From: Candidatus Woesebacteria bacterium
Lineage (GTDB): Bacteria; Patescibacteriota; Microgenomatia; UBA8517
Reading direction: 5' to 3'
Assembly: GCA_016432365.1 (NCBI GenBank)
Contig: CP066686.1
Coordinates: 938,918-1,002,917, forward strand
Length of the DNA: 64,000 nt
In this document: positions 17,010-32,340 of the stretch, piece by piece
Layout of the letters: each line of letters opens with the position of its first letter
Numbering within the stretch: position 1 is the stretch's first letter
Position numbers and translations under genes: made by a program
The notes under the pieces: model-generated
What the model saw: only the letters and a program-made list of their open reading frames with translations
The model's database searches: none
Told to the model about the DNA's origin: nothing

Positions 17010-18462
17010 GGTTCACGCTTGGATTGAAAGTCATTTCATTCTTCTTTAGCAAATCTTCTAAGGTGTACGTCGATCCGTATTGGTGTATATGTTTCTCAAG
17101 CCATTGTTCAGTTTGTTCGTAATTTTTAATTTTTAATTTTAAATTTTTAATTTGACTCTCCCATTGCGCCCCTAAAAACGTTCCAAGACTGTAAGTTGGA
17201 AAATACCCCACCGCCCCACCACTCCAGTGAATATCCTGGAGTACCCCCTCTGAATCATTTTTTGGAACTATTCCAAGATATGCTTTCATCTTACTGTTCC
17301 AGACCTCTCTTAAATCAGATATCTTAAATCTTCCTTCTATCAGTCCCCTTTCTATTTCGAACCTAAGCATGATATGGAAGTGGTATGTAACTTCATCTGC
17401 CTCAACTCTTAGAAGGCTTGGGCGAACCTTATTAAAATAAGAGTGATAGCTGCCTACTGACAACTGTTTACGGCTTGCCGACGAAGTACTGATTACTGAA
17501 TCAAAATCTTTTTTAAAATGGCTTATGAACTCCCCACTTCGTCCTACAAAGTTTTCCCAGAACCTGCTTTGAGATTCATGAATTACCAAGCTCGACCCCC
17601 CGCCAATTGGTGTCATCTCAAGCTCCGGCGCGGATTGAAGGTCGTAAAGAGCGTGGCCAAACTCATGAATTACAGCTAAAAGGCTTCTTCCGAAATCTTG
17701 TTCATGATACCAGGTGGTGATTCTTGTATCGTTGTTTGAAAAAGACGTGGTGAACGGATGCGCAGAAGTATCAAGCCGGAAATTTTGTCCGAAATCTTTC
17801 CATAAATATTTTAATACCTTGTCATTTAGTTCTGACATCTTATGTTTATCGTATTTTGCAGTTTCTAACGGATGAGTTTTAAAATATTTTGAGGATGTCG
17901 TGATTTTATTTAGTAGTTCTTGAAGTGGACTTTTGATCCCATCGAAAAAGTTTTGAACAGAACTGCTGGTCAGCCCCTCTTCGTATTGATCCAAAAGCGC
18001 ATCATATGGTGAGTCTTCATACCCCAAGTATTCTGCGGCCTGTTTGTTCATGTCAAAAATCTTTGACAGAGATTTTTCAAATATTTTGAAGTTATTCTTC
18101 TCCTTTGCCTCCCTCCAAATAACCGTGGCCGTATTGGTTAACCTCTCAAAATCTTCAATAAAGTCGCTTGGTAACTTCTCGTAGTATTTCAGAGATCTCA
18201 AAAGAATCCGGACCACCCCCCTTTCCTGATCTGTCATTTGCTTAATGCCCTCTGCTTTATGCAGTAAACTTACGAAGTTTTGATCAAGAAACATCTTTTG
18301 CCTGATAACCGATAGCCTACCAAGAGCCTCTCCACGCGCAGAAGCTCCCATTTGCGGCATGTAAGTTTCCAAGTCCCAATGGGCAATTGCCGAGGTGTAG
18401 CTTAGTGCCCACAAATCTTTATAGTAATCAAGAATCTGAAGAATCACCTTATTTTTAAACAT
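16966..18462 (-). CDS. M32 carboxypeptidase (carboxypeptidase Taq family)
   Basis: Family motifs HPF (HPFTTSF), HESQS (VIHESQSRFWEN), DxRxT (NNDTRITT), HExGH (IHEFGHALYD), GxxQDxHW (GVLQDIHWSGG). Carries an in-frame K/N-rich insert from the dispersed repeat (IKNLKLKIKNYEQ). Confidence 0.85.
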   Translation of the reverse strand: MFKNKVILQILDYYKDLWALSYTSAIAHWDLETYMPQMGASARGEALGRLSVIRQKMFLDQNFVSLLHKAEGIKQMTDQERGVVRILLRSLKYYEKLPSDFIEDFERLTNTATVIWREAKEKNNFKIFEKSLSKIFDMNKQAAEYLGYEDSPYDALLDQYEEGLTSSSVQNFFDGIKSPLQELLNKITTSSKYFKTHPLETAKYDKHKMSELNDKVLKYLWKDFGQNFRLDTSAHPFTTSFSNNDTRITTWYHEQDFGRSLLAVIHEFGHALYDLQSAPELEMTPIGGGSSLVIHESQSRFWENFVGRSGEFISHFKKDFDSVISTSSASRKQLSVGSYHSYFNKVRPSLLRVEADEVTYHFHIMLRFEIERGLIEGRFKISDLREVWNSKMKAYLGIVPKNDSEGVLQDIHWSGGAVGYFPTYSLGTFLGAQWESQIKNLKLKIKNYEQTEQWLEKHIHQYGSTYTLEDLLKKNEMTFNPSVNLKYLEEKYSGLYGF

Positions 18463-18487
18463 GGACGTATTCTAACACGTAAGAAAG

Positions 18488-20950
<2,463 letters not shown>

Positions 20951-20970
20951 GATATCCTAATAAGCTTTGA

Positions 20971-23198
<2,228 letters not shown>

Positions 23199-23354
23199 TT
23201 AAGTATTTAATATCGCTTTATGCTTGTCAAGCAATTTTTAATCAAAAACTTGGCCAAAATTGACTAAAATGGCCTTGACAGTTTATTAGTTTAGAATCAA
23301 TATGGGTATTGGAACTTGGACAAATTCTAAAATCGTGTACAAGTTTCTAACTTT

Positions 23355-26300
23355 ATGACTGCCAATCATTTACGAATTCAGGAAGCTGCTAATATTTTAG
23401 GTATTTCCTCTAAAACCTTACGCCGGTGGAATAAAAGTGGAAAACTGGTTCCCGAACAAATAAGCCACGGCGGGCAACGCTTCTATACAAAAGAACAACT
23501 AATCAACTTTCGATCTCTAAACACCAAAACCAATTTAATCCCCAATCCCCAACCAAAACAGACAGGAAATGATTTCAAAACCAGCCACCTATTGCCAACA
23601 ATCGGTTTTGTTTTGTTGTGGTCAATCCTTTTTACAATTCTTGGTCTTGGTTCTCTGTTTACTGTATCAGCTGTTGGAGGCCAATCAGACATACTGTCCG
23701 CTTTGTTAAATCCACCCGCTACTCTACCCAAAAATATAACCAAGGCTGATATAAATAGTCCCTCAGTTTTAGCTGCCGAAAGTATAATCCCCGCCTACAC
23801 TTTCAATGTTAACTTGCCTGCTAAGTTTTCCGACAGTGTCACTTTTTTGGAAGATATAACTGTTCCCAATGTAATCTACAGCCTTAAAGCCGGGGATGGC
23901 ATTAGTATCACAACCGGTCAAACACCAACTATTAAAAGTACTGTAGCACTTACTGCCGGCGATGGTATTACAATTGACGGGTTTAAAGTTACAAACAGCA
24001 GTCTTGGTTCTTCACAAAACATTTTTAAGACTATTTCAGTATCAGGACAGTCTGATGTTGTAACTGATACGAACACAGATACGCTTACTTTTGCAGGAAG
24101 TGGTGTAACCATCACCACTGATGCTACAGCTGACAAGATTACCTTTACTGCGGTGGAACCTGATTATACGTTGTCCGGATGGACCGACTCCGGAACGAGC
24201 GTGGGGCTTACAACGACAACTGATTCGGTCGTGGTCGATGGATTAACGTTTGGCAACGCCACCATTACCAGTGGGAAAAAGATTCTTCCCAGTGTCGACC
24301 TGGGAGCAGATTTGGGATCTTCGTCGTATCGGTTTAACAATCTATATGTTGCAAATATTAATTCCAATTCCTCCCAAAGTTTCTCCGGACAAACAACGTT
24401 TTCCTACGAACCTACAGCTACGACGCTTACTCAAGCCTCTGTTCTTATCAACCCCACGACATCGGTCGCCAACGGCCAGCTCCTGGCGTTAGGTATTGCC
24501 GGATACCAGAAAGCGTTGATTGATGAAGATGGAGATATTATTCTGGGTTACTCCGACGCCACGAGCGCACCCGCGTCGGATTACCCGCTCAATATCTACG
24601 GCCACAGCGGTACTCAGGTAGCATATATTGATACTACCGGGTTGGCCAATGTCCAAACATTAAATCTCGCCAATAACGCAATAACTTCAGGTGGCGCACT
24701 TACGATTACTCCGGCAGCTGGATCAAATCTAAATGTAGCTCTCTCGACAACCGGAGATCTTGCCGTTAACACTGATGATTTGTATGTGGATACTTCAACA
24801 GGAAGGGTAGGAATAGGAACAACAACTCCAGAAACGCCTCTTCAAGTAAAATTAGAGGGATTAGCATTAAAGCTTGGCTTTAGTGGTTCTGGTGGTAATA
24901 GTTCTTATATGAGCTATAACGGCTATGGCTTTATGGGTTATGACTATAACGGAGGAAATCTCAACATGATTGTTCAGGGTGTTTCTGGTACAGGAATTGA
25001 ATTTAACGTTAATAACTCCACCTTTGGTTCCGGCACAGTCATGCAGATACTCACGAATGGTAATGTTGGTATCGGCACCACTGCCCCCACCAGTAAACTC
25101 CACGTCTCCGGTGCGGTTACCGGCAAAGCACTGGCAATTTTTGACGAAACTGGTGACCAGAATATTTTGGTCGCTTCGGCATCAGGAAGTCCGAAATTTG
25201 TTATTGACCACTCTGGCAACGTTGGTATAGGCACAACTACTCCTGGCACTTGGGGTAAATTAGAAATAGTAACAGGTAGCATCTCTTACTTCTTCAGCAC
25301 TGGAGGACTTGGTACAACTGGCAACGTTAATCCCTGGTATGTCAGTTATACCAACGGACCCAGTAATGGATCCACGATGTATTTGGCTAGTAATTACATG
25401 CGACTCTACGGCGGCTCAACCGGCACCAATGGAACTCTACAAATGTATACAGGCTCTACCGAAAAAATGCGCATTGATGGATCCGGCCTTGTCGGTATCG
25501 GCACCACCTCTCCCACCTCTCTACTTCATGTTTCTGGCAAAGTAACTGGAAAAGCATTGGCTATTTTTGATGAAACCGGGGATCAAGATATTTTTACAGC
25601 TTCCGGTTCAGGGACGACCAGACTTCAGTTGTCGCATGCCGGTACTTTGACTTCATGGGGGTCGATTGTCACAAATGGAACAGAAAACGGAGGAACAGGA
25701 ACTGGATTAATTACCATTAATAACTCTGGCGGCCTTGATTTGTACGTGGCTGTTGGTAGTGGCGCCTATATTACCGCCAGACCATCATACCCGCTGTATA
25801 TTACCAGCGGTATTTTGACGGTCAATTCAGGAACAAGCGATATGTACTTTAAGCAGAACTCAGTTACACCTATTACAAGTGAGGGCACCGGGGCTGTTGC
25901 AAACACTCTTTATCTCAAAACTGGCAATGTAGGTATTGGCACAACGAACCCGGCTTCTAAGCTATCAGTGATTGGCTCAGGTTCTGGAGAGACTGTTATT
26001 CAAGTTACCTCTGGTGTTTCGGGATCAACGTCCTCCGACGGTTTTTTCTTGGGGTATGCTGCTGATAACAACATATTAGTATGGGGAAAAGATGGAAACA
26101 GTATTAAATTTGGCACTACCGACATTGAAAGACTAAGACTGAGTAATGCAGGAGGATTGTCATTAGGAGATTCAACATGGAATGGGACTGATCCCGGTGT
26201 CGGAAGTATGGCTATACAATCAAAACTGGGAATTGGAACCTCAAGTCCTACCAGTAAACTTCACTTAACAGGTGCTGTCACAGGCAAGGCGCTTGCCATT

Positions 26301-27659
26301 TTTGATGAAACTGGGGACCAGAATATTTTAGTCGCATCAGCATCTGGGACAAATCGGTTGACGCTAACAAACGCTGGTAGATTGGGAGTTGGAACCTCAA
26401 GTCCCACTGCAATATTACATACAAATGGCACAAACCAATATTTGGGAGAGTTCGATTATTCAGGGTCTCCGGTATTTACAGTGTATTTAGTTACCGGGGG
26501 TCAAATGGGACTTTTTTCTGGTTCGAACAGTTTAGGACTTAGTGCCAGTTCTCCTACCGGAAACCCTCATATGACAATTGCCACGACGGGAAATGTTGGA
26601 ATAGGGACTAGCATAACCAATCCTACTTCGAAACTCCATGTTGGGGGTAGTGTAACAGGCAAAGCCCTGGCGATTTTTGATGAAACCGGAGATCAGAATA
26701 TAATCACAGCCAGCGCATCAGGAGTTGGTAAATTTGTTGTAACTCGAGCAGGAAGTGTTGGTATCGGTACCACTAATCCCACTTCCGCGAGTGGGTTTGC
26801 TCCCTTGTTACATATTGCAGGTGATAATCCTGGCATAGTACTACAAGGGCCTGGCACATACGAGGTCGGTGCAGGATCAACCGGTGGAGTTAAATGGTTA
26901 TATATTGGAGACAGTTCTGCATCAATGAGATGGGGTGTAAATGGTGTTGGTGTTGGACCTGATAACTCACCAGACTACTTCTTTGATGTTCAGGGTAATT
27001 TACACGCTGATGGAACTGTATCTATCGATACTTTAGGGACAGGCACTGTATATAGTAATGCCGGAGTGTTAACTAACGTCGATCCATCTGATAAAAATCT
27101 TAAACAAAACATTGTGGATCTAAGTAGTGGTACTTTGGAAAAGGTGCTTGGATTAAAACCTGTATCATATAACTGGAAATCAACAGACGATGGAGCTTTA
27201 GGATTTATTGCACAAGATGTAGAGCAAGTATTCCCGGAGCTCGTCGGACACAACAACGACGGAACACTGGGATTATTTACCACCCAGTTCATACCGGTGC
27301 TTACTAAGGCCATACAAGAACAACAGCTACAGATTGACGAGATAAAGCTTTCAAGTGCAAGTGCGACAATAACCAACAGCGACTGGGGCGCACTAACAAG
27401 CTTGGTGAATTCGATTAAAACAACATTAAGCGAAGTCCAAGAAAAACTGACCGCCATGGCTGATGAAATATTTACTAAAAAGATTCATACGGAAGAGATT
27501 TGTGTAGGAACGGTGAATAATGAGACCTGTGTCAATAAAGAACAATTGGATAGTGTAATAAAGTTATTACCTACACCCACTCCTCTGCCAACAGCTGCAC
27601 CAAACGCCACAGATTCTGCAGAGCTCGTTACCCCTAGCCCTACACCAACTTCTGATTGA
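23355..27659 (+). CDS. giant (1434 aa) membrane-anchored fibre-like protein: N-terminal excisionase-type HTH, one TM helix, G/T/S-rich beta repeats, C-terminal S74-type intramolecular chaperone (tail-fibre/endosialidase-like) domain
   Basis: HTH (LRIQEAANILGISSKTLRRWNKSGKL); TM (TIGFVLLWSILFTILGLGSLF); >=4 copies of ~40-aa repeat (GIGTT.PTSKLHVSGAVTGKALAIFDETGDQNILVASASG); C-terminal DKNLKQNIVDLSSGTLEKVLGLKPVSYNWK...GFIAQDVEQVFPELV...IPVLTKAIQEQQ matching Peptidase_S74 auto-chaperone. Confidence 0.8.
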   Translation: MTANHLRIQEAANILGISSKTLRRWNKSGKLVPEQISHGGQRFYTKEQLINFRSLNTKTNLIPNPQPKQTGNDFKTSHLLPTIGFVLLWSILFTILGLGSLFTVSAVGGQSDILSALLNPPATLPKNITKADINSPSVLAAESIIPAYTFNVNLPAKFSDSVTFLEDITVPNVIYSLKAGDGISITTGQTPTIKSTVALTAGDGITIDGFKVTNSSLGSSQNIFKTISVSGQSDVVTDTNTDTLTFAGSGVTITTDATADKITFTAVEPDYTLSGWTDSGTSVGLTTTTDSVVVDGLTFGNATITSGKKILPSVDLGADLGSSSYRFNNLYVANINSNSSQSFSGQTTFSYEPTATTLTQASVLINPTTSVANGQLLALGIAGYQKALIDEDGDIILGYSDATSAPASDYPLNIYGHSGTQVAYIDTTGLANVQTLNLANNAITSGGALTITPAAGSNLNVALSTTGDLAVNTDDLYVDTSTGRVGIGTTTPETPLQVKLEGLALKLGFSGSGGNSSYMSYNGYGFMGYDYNGGNLNMIVQGVSGTGIEFNVNNSTFGSGTVMQILTNGNVGIGTTAPTSKLHVSGAVTGKALAIFDETGDQNILVASASGSPKFVIDHSGNVGIGTTTPGTWGKLEIVTGSISYFFSTGGLGTTGNVNPWYVSYTNGPSNGSTMYLASNYMRLYGGSTGTNGTLQMYTGSTEKMRIDGSGLVGIGTTSPTSLLHVSGKVTGKALAIFDETGDQDIFTASGSGTTRLQLSHAGTLTSWGSIVTNGTENGGTGTGLITINNSGGLDLYVAVGSGAYITARPSYPLYITSGILTVNSGTSDMYFKQNSVTPITSEGTGAVANTLYLKTGNVGIGTTNPASKLSVIGSGSGETVIQVTSGVSGSTSSDGFFLGYAADNNILVWGKDGNSIKFGTTDIERLRLSNAGGLSLGDSTWNGTDPGVGSMAIQSKLGIGTSSPTSKLHLTGAVTGKALAIFDETGDQNILVASASGTNRLTLTNAGRLGVGTSSPTAILHTNGTNQYLGEFDYSGSPVFTVYLVTGGQMGLFSGSNSLGLSASSPTGNPHMTIATTGNVGIGTSITNPTSKLHVGGSVTGKALAIFDETGDQNIITASASGVGKFVVTRAGSVGIGTTNPTSASGFAPLLHIAGDNPGIVLQGPGTYEVGAGSTGGVKWLYIGDSSASMRWGVNGVGVGPDNSPDYFFDVQGNLHADGTVSIDTLGTGTVYSNAGVLTNVDPSDKNLKQNIVDLSSGTLEKVLGLKPVSYNWKSTDDGALGFIAQDVEQVFPELVGHNNDGTLGLFTTQFIPVLTKAIQEQQLQIDEIKLSSASATITNSDWGALTSLVNSIKTTLSEVQEKLTAMADEIFTKKIHTEEICVGTVNNETCVNKEQLDSVIKLLPTPTPLPTAAPNATDSAELVTPSPTPTSD

Positions 27660-27707
27660 TATTTATTAAAATATGTACAATAATCAGAAGACAAAACTTA
27701 GACATAT

Positions 27708-28460
27708 ATGGAACAAGAAGAAAAAAAGTTACCCAGAAAAATATCTTTTAAAATAATTTTGACTGCAGTTGCAGTCCTTCTTATTTTATGCGGTGCCGCA
27801 GGAACATACTATTTCTATAACCAAAACCAAAAGGCGTTGCAACTTCTAAAAGACCCTACAGCAGCACAAAAAGAAGAAGTCAAAACGATACTGGCCAAGC
27901 TATCGATACTGATAGAACTACCCCAGGACGAAGAACCTCAAGTTGCAACCGTATTGGATTACAGCAAACTCAAGGACCAGACATTTTTTGCCAAGGCCCA
28001 AAATGGCGACAAAGTCTTGATTTATACAAAGGCCGGCAAAGCAATCTTATATAGGCCAAGCACGAACAAAATAATAGAAGTGGGCCCTATTAGTTTAGGG
28101 CAAAACCAGGAAGCGCCTATTAAAGTGGCCGTTTACAATGGAACAAACATCGCAGGACTTTCCAATACTTTTGCTACCAATATAGTAAAAACTGCATCAA
28201 ATGTGAATGTTGTTACTAGGGCAAACGCCGCAAATAAATACGAAAGGACTATAGTTGTTGATTTAACAAATAAAGAAGGACTTGCAAAACAAATGGCTGA
28301 TCTTATTGGAGGTACCGTATCAACACTCCCCGAAGGCGAGGTAAAGCCAGCAGATGCTACCATAGATCTCTTGATAATACTTGGAACAAACTATACCGGT
28401 TTATCCGCCCCAGCGCCGGCTTCCCCATCTATAGCTCCAACAGCAACCCCAACCCAATAG
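27708..28460 (+). CDS. LytR_C (cell-envelope-related) domain membrane protein
   Basis: N-terminal TM, C-terminal VAVYNGTNIAGLSNTFATNIVKTASNVNVVTRANAANKYERTIVVDL resembling LytR C-terminal domain. Confidence 0.6.
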   Translation: MEQEEKKLPRKISFKIILTAVAVLLILCGAAGTYYFYNQNQKALQLLKDPTAAQKEEVKTILAKLSILIELPQDEEPQVATVLDYSKLKDQTFFAKAQNGDKVLIYTKAGKAILYRPSTNKIIEVGPISLGQNQEAPIKVAVYNGTNIAGLSNTFATNIVKTASNVNVVTRANAANKYERTIVVDLTNKEGLAKQMADLIGGTVSTLPEGEVKPADATIDLLIILGTNYTGLSAPAPASPSIAPTATPTQ

Positions 28461-28481
28461 TCAATTTTTATTTATAAGTTT

Positions 28482-29216
28482 TCAGTTTAGATACTTATCT
28501 ATGAACCCTTCTATTACTTTATTTACTTCCTCAACTATCTCCCGATGGCGGCGATAGCCGTGATCTGAATTTAACTCGTGGAGCATTTTTGGCATCGGAA
28601 TAGATTCATATATTTCTTCAATTTCTTTCGGTGTGTAGTACCTGTCGTCAGTTCCTGAAAATAATAATTTTGGTTTTTGGCACTTTTTTAAAACAGCCAA
28701 AGTATCAAATTTTTCTCCATCCTTAAAATATTCAATAGGTAGAGCAAATTCTTTCTGTTCCTTGGTCCTTTCACTACCAGGTGGAATATCCCTATGCTCA
28801 ATCTGAACTCCATCTTTGACAGACTTGGGAGGTGTAGGCGGTTCATACGAAGACATTACCAAAATGATACCGATTACATTTGGATTAACACTTGCCAATA
28901 TGGCCACATTTCCACCTCGAGAGTGACCCAATAATAAGGTCGGTTTGTTACCGTAATATTCAATTAATTCATTAACAGCTTTAAGATAGTTGGTGGTTGT
29001 AAAAAGTTCAATCCCTCCAGGACTTTCCCAGGTGCCGGGCGGATCAACCGCCACAGTATAAAAACCCTTGCCGGCCAAATATTCCTGATGGCTAACAAAA
29101 TTAGCATAATCCTTGGTATCAAGCTTACCGGGAAGCATGATGACGACTCTTTCTGAGTTTTTACCCCCTCTTGTATTAACGGCCAGTTCAAAAGATGTAG
29201 TTTTGATCAAGTTCAT
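28482..29216 (-). CDS. alpha/beta-hydrolase fold protein
   Basis: Nucleophile elbow GHSRGG, later Asp/His; ~244 aa. Confidence 0.7.
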   Translation of the reverse strand: MNLIKTTSFELAVNTRGGKNSERVVIMLPGKLDTKDYANFVSHQEYLAGKGFYTVAVDPPGTWESPGGIELFTTTNYLKAVNELIEYYGNKPTLLLGHSRGGNVAILASVNPNVIGIILVMSSYEPPTPPKSVKDGVQIEHRDIPPGSERTKEQKEFALPIEYFKDGEKFDTLAVLKKCQKPKLLFSGTDDRYYTPKEIEEIYESIPMPKMLHELNSDHGYRRHREIVEEVNKVIEGFIDKYLN

Positions 29217-29365
29217 AAGGAAAGTATACCAAATTGATCCTTTTAAAATTCTGAATGCATCATGATCCTGAGCCTGTCGAAGGAGAAGTCTGGGACTGAG
29301 GTAGTCTGAGGCTTACGAAGGATCAAAGACTTGATTATTTTGACTTATAGTGTAGAATACCACAT

Positions 29366-29680
29366 ATGAAAGAACTAGAAAGACCTGCTGTCACAGGCAG
29401 AGGGCTGCCTATTGTCACAAGTGAAACATTTAATAAAATCCTAGATGCAGACAGGAAGGGTTCGGAGCCGTGGGGAGAAATGCTCAACAGAGTTAAAGAC
29501 AGATTAGTTAAAGAACAGCCCGTGTTGGCAAGATTTCTTGAAAGTCAGGGGTCGAAATTTGAACCCGAAGAAATGCTCCACATTATCGAAGTTGCTATAG
29601 GGGTCTATGCCCTTTTGGAGCAACAGGCCAACATCAACAAAATGTCAGATACTTTCTCCGTAACCCCCGAGTCAAAATAA
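29366..29680 (+). CDS. hypothetical protein (104 aa)
   Basis: ORF only. Confidence 0.3.
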   Translation: MKELERPAVTGRGLPIVTSETFNKILDADRKGSEPWGEMLNRVKDRLVKEQPVLARFLESQGSKFEPEEMLHIIEVAIGVYALLEQQANINKMSDTFSVTPESK

Positions 29681-29743
29681 CTTCGGGGGAAAACCCCAAT
29701 CTCTTTTTGAGAAACCTTGAACAATAAATGAAGCAAATCCTAT

Positions 29744-31048
29744 TTATGCAACTCTCTCTTTTAACGCCCTGTAGTACTTTTGAAGATAATCTTCGGCTTT
29801 GGCCCAATGGGCTTCGACAAACCTCGTAGACCCTGAGCCTGTCGAATGGGCCGCCATTGCCAAATTGCGCTCAACTGCAGCTAAGATCCGTAGGTGTGCC
29901 GCTTTCGCCGCTTGAAACAATGAAATGCGATAGACCTCGGCATAAAGTTCTTTGGCCGTTTGTTCTGCCTCAAAAGACGATTCCACAGAATCCTTGCCGG
30001 CAAGCTCCCTATTCATTTTTACCTCAAGTGAAGCAACAATTTCCGGTTCGAATGCTAATTTGAGTTCGTTTTTGACTAACTGATAAAATTTCTTCATTTT
30101 TCCTTTGGCTTCGGTAAATTTGCTCGCTTTCTCAAAAACAAAAGCCTCAACTAATAATTTTGCTGCTTGGATTGCCAAAGTCTTACTTAACCCGTACTGC
30201 TCTTTTATATGTTTCATCGCATAGTCACGAATGCGGACACCTTCCGGAATATTTTTAAGCCTCCACCAGGAGAGTTCAAGCTTGGCTGCAATTTCTGGAT
30301 TAAATTTTAGGTGCTCTTCTGCGTCATTTCCGCCAAATCTACGTCTGCGGCGGCTAAAATCTAAGACCGCTTCTTTTAACTTCTCGGGAGAGAAGTCAGG
30401 AAAATGATCGTTTTCGAAATAGTACTCAGTATAAGGCGACTGCCACAAAAGCATTCCGCTGGTTCTCTGTTCCCCGCTGGTTCGTATCATCAAATCAACA
30501 TATGGGTAAGGCTGACCTTTTGTATCAAGATAGGTTTCAAACAACTTTTTGTCAATTTTCCCAGCCGGAACTTTGTCTATTACCATCTTTTGGACTGCCC
30601 TAATGATTTCATCGTGCCCGCCGTAATCAATGGCGATGTTCATAATATATTTTTTATTATCTTTTGTTTCCTTTTCCGCTTTGGCGATTTTACTTAGAAG
30701 AAATTTTGGCAATCGGTCTTTTCGTCCCAGATGAATTATTTTTACCTTGTCCTTTTGGGCATCGGCAAGATATTGGTCGATCATCCTGGAATATAGCTTC
30801 ATAAGATAGCCTATTTCCTCTGCCGTTCTATCCCAATTCTCGGTAGAAAAACCCCAAAGGGTGATTGTGTGGATTCCCCAACTTCTTGCAGACCTGCAAA
30901 TTTCAACAGCCGTGTCAAATCCTTTTTTATGCCCTTGAAGAGTGTTAAGTCCCCTTGCCCTTGCCCACCTGCGGTTGCCGTCAGGGATAATGGCAATATG
31001 ATTCGGAACAACCGTGTCTTTGGGGAGCAAAACTTTTGATTCAGCCAT
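29744..31048 (-). CDS. uppS: undecaprenyl-diphosphate synthase (cis-prenyltransferase) with ~200-aa C-terminal helical extension
   Basis: N-terminal 230 aa = UppS (HIAIIPDGNRRWA, TITLWGFSTENWDR, ends ...RRFGG); extra C-terminal domain of unknown function. Confidence 0.8.
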   Translation of the reverse strand: MAESKVLLPKDTVVPNHIAIIPDGNRRWARARGLNTLQGHKKGFDTAVEICRSARSWGIHTITLWGFSTENWDRTAEEIGYLMKLYSRMIDQYLADAQKDKVKIIHLGRKDRLPKFLLSKIAKAEKETKDNKKYIMNIAIDYGGHDEIIRAVQKMVIDKVPAGKIDKKLFETYLDTKGQPYPYVDLMIRTSGEQRTSGMLLWQSPYTEYYFENDHFPDFSPEKLKEAVLDFSRRRRRFGGNDAEEHLKFNPEIAAKLELSWWRLKNIPEGVRIRDYAMKHIKEQYGLSKTLAIQAAKLLVEAFVFEKASKFTEAKGKMKKFYQLVKNELKLAFEPEIVASLEVKMNRELAGKDSVESSFEAEQTAKELYAEVYRISLFQAAKAAHLRILAAVERNLAMAAHSTGSGSTRFVEAHWAKAEDYLQKYYRALKERVA

Positions 31049-31055
31049 ATGCAGA

Positions 31056-31730
31056 TTATATCAGATCAAGGATTGCGTCAGCGATATCGTCCCTGTCTAC
31101 TATAGACCAGCCTTTTTCGTCTGCAATTTCCACAAGTTTGTCATTTGGCTCCATTACAAACGGAAATTCCACTTTATCTAACATTTCAGCATCATTTTCT
31201 GAATCCCCGACTGCAAAAGATCCGCTTTTGCCGTATTTTGTAACCAAGTCGGCAACGACTCCTTTACTCCCAGCCAAACTTAATTCGACCTTACCTGTAA
31301 ATTTACCGTCTTTAACTTCAGCGATTGAAGAGAGGTAATCCTTAAGACCGAACATCGTACATACCCCCTCGCAAGCAAACTGGAAATTGGTGGTTACAAA
31401 ATAAATATCGTATTCTTCTTTAATTTGTGGGATTATTTCTGCGAAGTAGGAAAAGAACTTATCTTTGTTCTCGTCTAAATACTCAGAAGTACTTTCGACT
31501 ATTTCTTTATAATCAATTCCCTTAAGAGCTTCTGCGTAAACTTCAAGCATCTTGTCGGCTGCCTGTTTATAATTTTTTTGACCCGACTTATATTCCTCAA
31601 GAAGTAAATGAACTTTATCCCATGTACCTTTAACAATTAGTCCGCTTTTTTCTTGACTTTGAATCTGCCCAAAAATTACGTGGCCCCCATAGATAACACC
31701 ATCAATATCAAAAAGGGCTAGTTTTTTCAT
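31056..31730 (-). CDS. HAD-superfamily hydrolase (subfamily IB, SerB-like)
   Basis: FDIDGV motif I, downstream GDSENDAEML motif IV. Confidence 0.7.
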   Translation of the reverse strand: MKKLALFDIDGVIYGGHVIFGQIQSQEKSGLIVKGTWDKVHLLLEEYKSGQKNYKQAADKMLEVYAEALKGIDYKEIVESTSEYLDENKDKFFSYFAEIIPQIKEEYDIYFVTTNFQFACEGVCTMFGLKDYLSSIAEVKDGKFTGKVELSLAGSKGVVADLVTKYGKSGSFAVGDSENDAEMLDKVEFPFVMEPNDKLVEIADEKGWSIVDRDDIADAILDLI

Positions 31731-31783
31731 AATTTGTTATACATCATCATGATACCGTATTTGGATTCCAACTAGAGTCAACT

Positions 31784-32110
31784 CTAGTTATTGTTTTCAA
31801 ACGTCGGGGCTTGATAGATATAGAGCTTGATATTCCCCTCAACTTCTTCCCCAACCAGACTGCCGCCCATAATTTCCGAAACCCAAATAGGTCTATTGTT
31901 GTCGGCAGATTTAACGGCCGGATCTGCACGGAATTCTATTCTAACCTGGTCATCCGGCTTAACTTCTCCCGCCTTTACCAAAACAGACACAACTTCTTTG
32001 ATGGCTGCGTCGTCCAATATTTTTCCAAACCAGTCAGGTTCTGTCTCTCTGGCTGTCATTTCATCTGCAAAATCCGCCGGTACACCAACTCTAACAATTC
32101 TTTCTGCCAT
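31784..32110 (-). CDS. hypothetical protein (108 aa)
   Basis: ORF only. Confidence 0.35.
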   Translation of the reverse strand: MAERIVRVGVPADFADEMTARETEPDWFGKILDDAAIKEVVSVLVKAGEVKPDDQVRIEFRADPAVKSADNNRPIWVSEIMGGSLVGEEVEGNIKLYIYQAPTFENNN

Positions 32111-32134
32111 TTGGCGCTAGTATATCACTATTTT

Positions 32135-32272
32135 AAATGAACACTAAAGCGTTTCCAGAACATTGTCTTCTCTTTGAATAGACTCTCCCTCAGGTTCGTC
32201 GCCACGGCCTTCATGGCCGTCACCGATTGTACCCAAATCATTATCTAACTGTTCATCAACACCAGTATTTTC
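32135..32272 (-). CDS. small acidic protein (45 aa), not in ORF track
   Basis: ATG at 32270-32272 (minus) preceded by AAGGGGGTG RBS-like sequence ~8 nt upstream; highly acidic (MTVENTGVDEQLDNDLGTIGDGHEGRGDEPEGESIQREDNVLETL); directly upstream of 31784..32110. Confidence 0.3.
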
Positions 32273-32340
32273 GACCGTCATTGTTTATACACCCCCTTAA
32301 CAACACACATCTATTAGTCTCCTCTGATATAATTCTCCCC

